A DNA stretch of 64,000 bases from a virus, in IMG/VR virus record IMGVR_UViG_3300035703_000033, positions 1 to 64,000 of that record. The stretch is one strand, 5' to 3'. The notes below the pieces were generated by a model. It was not told where the DNA came from. It saw only the letters and a program-made list of their open reading frames with translations, and made no database searches. Numbering within the stretch: position 1 is the stretch's first letter; every line of letters begins with the position of its first letter. This document shows positions 61,601 to 64,000 of the stretch, one piece after another. A program made the position numbers and the translations under genes.

Positions 61601-64000
61601 TTCTGGAAGACAACTGGCACATTTAACAGATGCAATTACTGGAGACACTCTTTCTGTAGATGCAAAAGCTAGACTTATGAGGCAGTTTGGTTTAACTTAT
61701 GATCAAGTTTCTGCACCAAGTACTAGAGTTAATAGCTCTTTATTTGCAGCATATGATAAGTTCTTTAATCAGGGTACAAATGATGGGAATTTAAGTATAA
61801 GTAAAGCAATAGATTATTTAAGTGGTAAGCCAGTATTTGATCCAAAATTTGCAAAAGGTCCAGTGGTTCATAACCCGCTAATAGCATATGAAGGAATGAT
61901 GGCAGACCTTGGAATACCAGTCAAAGACAGACCAGCATTTGCAAGATCGCTAGATGCAGCAATTGTTTCAAGGTTAAAAACTTTAGCAACATCTGGAGCA
62001 GATACTCTTTCAGATTCACCAACAAGACCTGGACAAGTTAAAGCATCCATAATTGGAGATGCCATAACAGATCAGATAGTTAGTTCAAAAGATCCAAGAA
62101 TTATTAAAGCATTAGAAAGATTAAAAACCCCTGGAGAAGTTAGAGTTTATAATCCAAGACGTGGAACAAGTGATAGGTTTTTCCCTAAAGCTACAAGTAG
62201 AATTAGTACGCTTCTTGCATCAATAGTTGCAAAAAGAAGAATGCCTTCAGTATCTGCAGCAGTTGCTGCGGCATTTCCATCAATAAGAACTAAGATTGCA
62301 GATCAGCCAGCAGCGCCAACAAGAAGCACACTACCTAGAGGAACGTTTACCCCTGGAGCATACAGAGGATATTTCCCAAGAAGAAATCGTGGCGGAGTTA
62401 TTGGATATAATTCTGGAGGTTATGTACAAGCATTGAATAATGGCGGAATAAAAACTGATCTTGGAATGCCAACAATGGGTCCTACTGCTCAATGGAGGGG
62501 AGACCATGTTTCTCCTATGCAAAGATTTAAGGGTCAAGGCGGACCAATGATGGCTGGATTCGGATTGCAGATGGCAGGACAAATGATAGGTGGTCAAGCT
62601 GGAAATGCAATGATGTTTGGCGGACTTGCAATGCAACTTTCTCCTTTGTTAGGAATGATGAAGGGTCTCAGCGCTTCAATGATTTCATTTAAGTCTATAG
62701 GAACAGTAGCAATGAGTGCGGTTACTAAGACTGTTGGTGTTCTAAGAGCTGCTCTTGTATTCTTAACGGGACCAGTTGGAGCAACAATTGCAGCATTGAC
62801 AGCAGTATCTATAGTTTTATTAAATATGAAGAAGAATGCAGAAGCAGCTGGAAAAGCAAATAGATTAGCTTTAGGCGGAACTTCTGAATCATTCTCTTCT
62901 GTTGGAATTAAAAATTATAAAACTGTTTCTGACAGACTTAAAGAAATTAATGACCAGATGGAGCTTAATAGGGCAAAGGCAAAATCTATTGCAGATTCAT
63001 ATAATCAAGCAGGCCCTACAGGTGTTACTTTATCAATCAAGCAATTAAATGAAGCAATTAAAAATGCTAAAGCAAATCAAAAAGATTACGTGGACGCATT
63101 TAACTCAATTGATCCTTCTAAGGTAGTATCTTATGCTGCACAGATTAAAGCACAGTTTGTAGCTATGGGAATGAGTGCTGAGCAGGCATCTAATCAAATA
63201 TTTGCAATAATTAAAGCTTCTGAAAAAGCATCTCAAGCATTTTCTGCTGTATCATCTTCAGAATTTAGAAATATTACAAGTCAGGTTACAGCACTTAAAT
63301 CATTATTTACCACAATGGCAAAAGCATCTAGCTCATCTCTATTTAACGCAGAAGAGTTCACACAAGGCTTAGATACGCTAGTATCTTCAGTTCTTGCATA
63401 TAGAGATTCATTAATTGGAACTAAGGATGCTGCACAAAATATATTAGATGAGTCTGATGCAACCAAGAAGGTAATGGATGAGATCAGCAAGGTAAAGAAT
63501 GCCGATGCCCAGCTAGACCAAAAGGTAATTCAAGGACTCAAGGAGCAAAGCTTAACTTATGCAACAATTTTAAATTCAGCAGAAAGCTTAGAGAGTATAA
63601 CTGCAAAAATATTACTATACCAGTCAGGATTATCAAATATAGTTGATTTAGCTGCAATGGGAGCACAGGCTGCAGTTACAATGGCAAAGAATTTATCAGT
63701 AATACAAGGTGGAATTAATAATATTACTGAAAGCACAGATCCAAAACTTAACCCATTATCAGGCTTAGCTGTTTCCATTAATGCAGCTGATAAAGCTCAA
63801 AATGCATTTAATAATAAAATTAAAGCTGCAAAAAAGATGGATGAAGATTATTATAAGAACAAAATCAAGGCAATAGATAAGGTTATAGATAAGCTTCAAG
63901 AAGAAGCAGACGAAAGAATTAAGGCAATTCGTGCAGAACAAGATGCAAGAAATGTAGCCACCGATATACAGCAAGAGCAGCTTAAGTATCAGCAAGCCCT
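58692..64000 (+). CDS. tape measure protein (partial, runs off window; absent from ORF track)
   Basis: GTG after AGGAG; helical Ala/Gly-rich reading frame with WAGRQLTVG and D.VPAMLT.GEFVV motifs. Confidence 0.88.
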   Translation, partial: MAEENIITNITARADFSSLIKDLNRVTASLSSLQQTVGATNKAISSQIDAINRGFANTVRSTGQFSSHYVSLSSDVEKFGRSLDSGRLKLKDYFRTWQDHTRTSGGLIRDLAKQQVQLQNAILQPLGRNAQGLMQFNVHVPRGLDVIKNKTALTTQELKIMNKVVQDGAVQLINWGKNTQWAGRQLTVGLTLPLAAFGKAAADAFRSADQELTRLTKVYGDIAGATSAELGQIRNDVSKTAKELASSMGVNFQETIALAADIAATGKTGNELLSSVSETTRLAVLGEVDRQEAMKATLAIQSAFKSNTEELSQSINFLNAVENQTSTTLNDLVEAIPKAGPVIKGLGGSVQDLALYLTAMREGGVSASEGANALKSALASLINPTDVAVAKFEGFGIDLLGIVNNNAGNVTQTLMSLQGALDKLDPLQKQQAIEQLFGKFQFSRLNALFENLGRQGSQTLQVLDLMKASAGDLENVASRELAMVTESAAGKYKRAIESLKADLAGVGEQFLNIGTTIVTVLDNIIDFGKKLPEPLKKILAFGTAFTAMVGPVIMLTGLLANFFGYIVKGVFHFKSLFKGGEGWRLLTPEILAAEKAGSLAEQTFYSDAQAATILKKALADLSMEYDALAARLASGKISVSPALTTMAGSIIQPGSPGYRPVNPNHPLVGGMSSSHLNPRDPNNPATLFGLVPGATGVNQKIGRNPQIMMEERLPNIEGLTSVGGVSTGVVASEAARYQALMATLGMQSQKEIEDLKKTIRMGGAVSSQFIQTFDDILPLTTQITQNVAAQSAAVIAELRAGKLTVDQAKAQIIALNAQLEADLGRTVSAYASSTGRSIDLTRVPLIDQPVVDATGKSNMRALFRKGRMRDIMQALGRATRTRTMGAPYSIETTNLPKFNTGGQVYVSPGSVVPGPNVNADVVPAMLTAGEFVVNREATAANLPLLQAINGQGSRGPGFNLGSSREIRNRYSGRQLAHLTDAITGDTLSVDAKARLMRQFGLTYDQVSAPSTRVNSSLFAAYDKFFNQGTNDGNLSISKAIDYLSGKPVFDPKFAKGPVVHNPLIAYEGMMADLGIPVKDRPAFARSLDAAIVSRLKTLATSGADTLSDSPTRPGQVKASIIGDAITDQIVSSKDPRIIKALERLKTPGEVRVYNPRRGTSDRFFPKATSRISTLLASIVAKRRMPSVSAAVAAAFPSIRTKIADQPAAPTRSTLPRGTFTPGAYRGYFPRRNRGGVIGYNSGGYVQALNNGGIKTDLGMPTMGPTAQWRGDHVSPMQRFKGQGGPMMAGFGLQMAGQMIGGQAGNAMMFGGLAMQLSPLLGMMKGLSASMISFKSIGTVAMSAVTKTVGVLRAALVFLTGPVGATIAALTAVSIVLLNMKKNAEAAGKANRLALGGTSESFSSVGIKNYKTVSDRLKEINDQMELNRAKAKSIADSYNQAGPTGVTLSIKQLNEAIKNAKANQKDYVDAFNSIDPSKVVSYAAQIKAQFVAMGMSAEQASNQIFAIIKASEKASQAFSAVSSSEFRNITSQVTALKSLFTTMAKASSSSLFNAEEFTQGLDTLVSSVLAYRDSLIGTKDAAQNILDESDATKKVMDEISKVKNADAQLDQKVIQGLKEQSLTYATILNSAESLESITAKILLYQSGLSNIVDLAAMGAQAAVTMAKNLSVIQGGINNITESTDPKLNPLSGLAVSINAADKAQNAFNNKIKAAKKMDEDYYKNKIKAIDKVIDKLQEEADERIKAIRAEQDARNVATDIQQEQLKYQQA

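Noticed and set aside
58988-63995. Short ORFs listed in the track across 59-64 kb
   Set aside because: Antisense or off-frame shadows of the tape measure gene, which the track omits, consistent with it lacking a stop in the window.
1-64000. Stop-codon reassignment, or prophage with host flanks
   Set aside because: Genes are intact under code 11 with all three stops used; no integrase, att site or host housekeeping block seen.

Overview
This is a 64-kb piece of an AT-rich tailed dsDNA phage genome with a siphovirus-type head/tail module and standard genetic code. The host is very probably an actinobacterium, judged from a WhiB-family gene, an Lsr2-type DNA-binding protein and many leaderless genes. 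A freshwater actinophage-like lineage is my inference only. Layout: (1) 0.1-14.2 kb, + strand accessory genes (WhiB, Ntn/HslV-like protease, subtilase, pyrimidine-dimer glycosylase family, thioredoxin, secreted Ala/Thr-rich surface protein, PAKK histone-like protein, SDR, cytochrome P450, PnuC-like). (2) 14.8-25.4 kb, an inverted (- strand) island of small early-type genes plus tRNA-Asp, dense with repeated regulatory motifs. (3) 25.7-31.8 kb, two candidate structured ncRNAs, a sulfotransferase, tRNA-Ile(UAU), a 2OG oxygenase, a lytic transglycosylase, class II RNR and a holin. (4) 31.9-49.4 kb, fibre/baseplate genes, then an FN3-(FFAPPG)n-Hint protein followed by a ten-gene cluster of a GNAT, 2OG-Fe(II) oxygenases and DUF6065-like genes. 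(5) 49.8-64 kb, portal, protease/scaffold, capsid, neck, tail tube, frameshifted chaperones and a partial tape measure. The best candidates for undescribed biology are (a) the FN3-(FFAPPG)n-Hint precursor plus tailoring cluster, a possible phage protein-modification or RiPP-like system, and (b) the regulatory layer of the early island: an sRNA antisense to a shared AACGAAAGG leader, 13 TGTCRG-N10-TANNNT promoters, helically phased CRP-type boxes, a repeated ~60-bp phased element and covarying pseudoknots. All family calls come from motif recognition by eye; no database searches were run.
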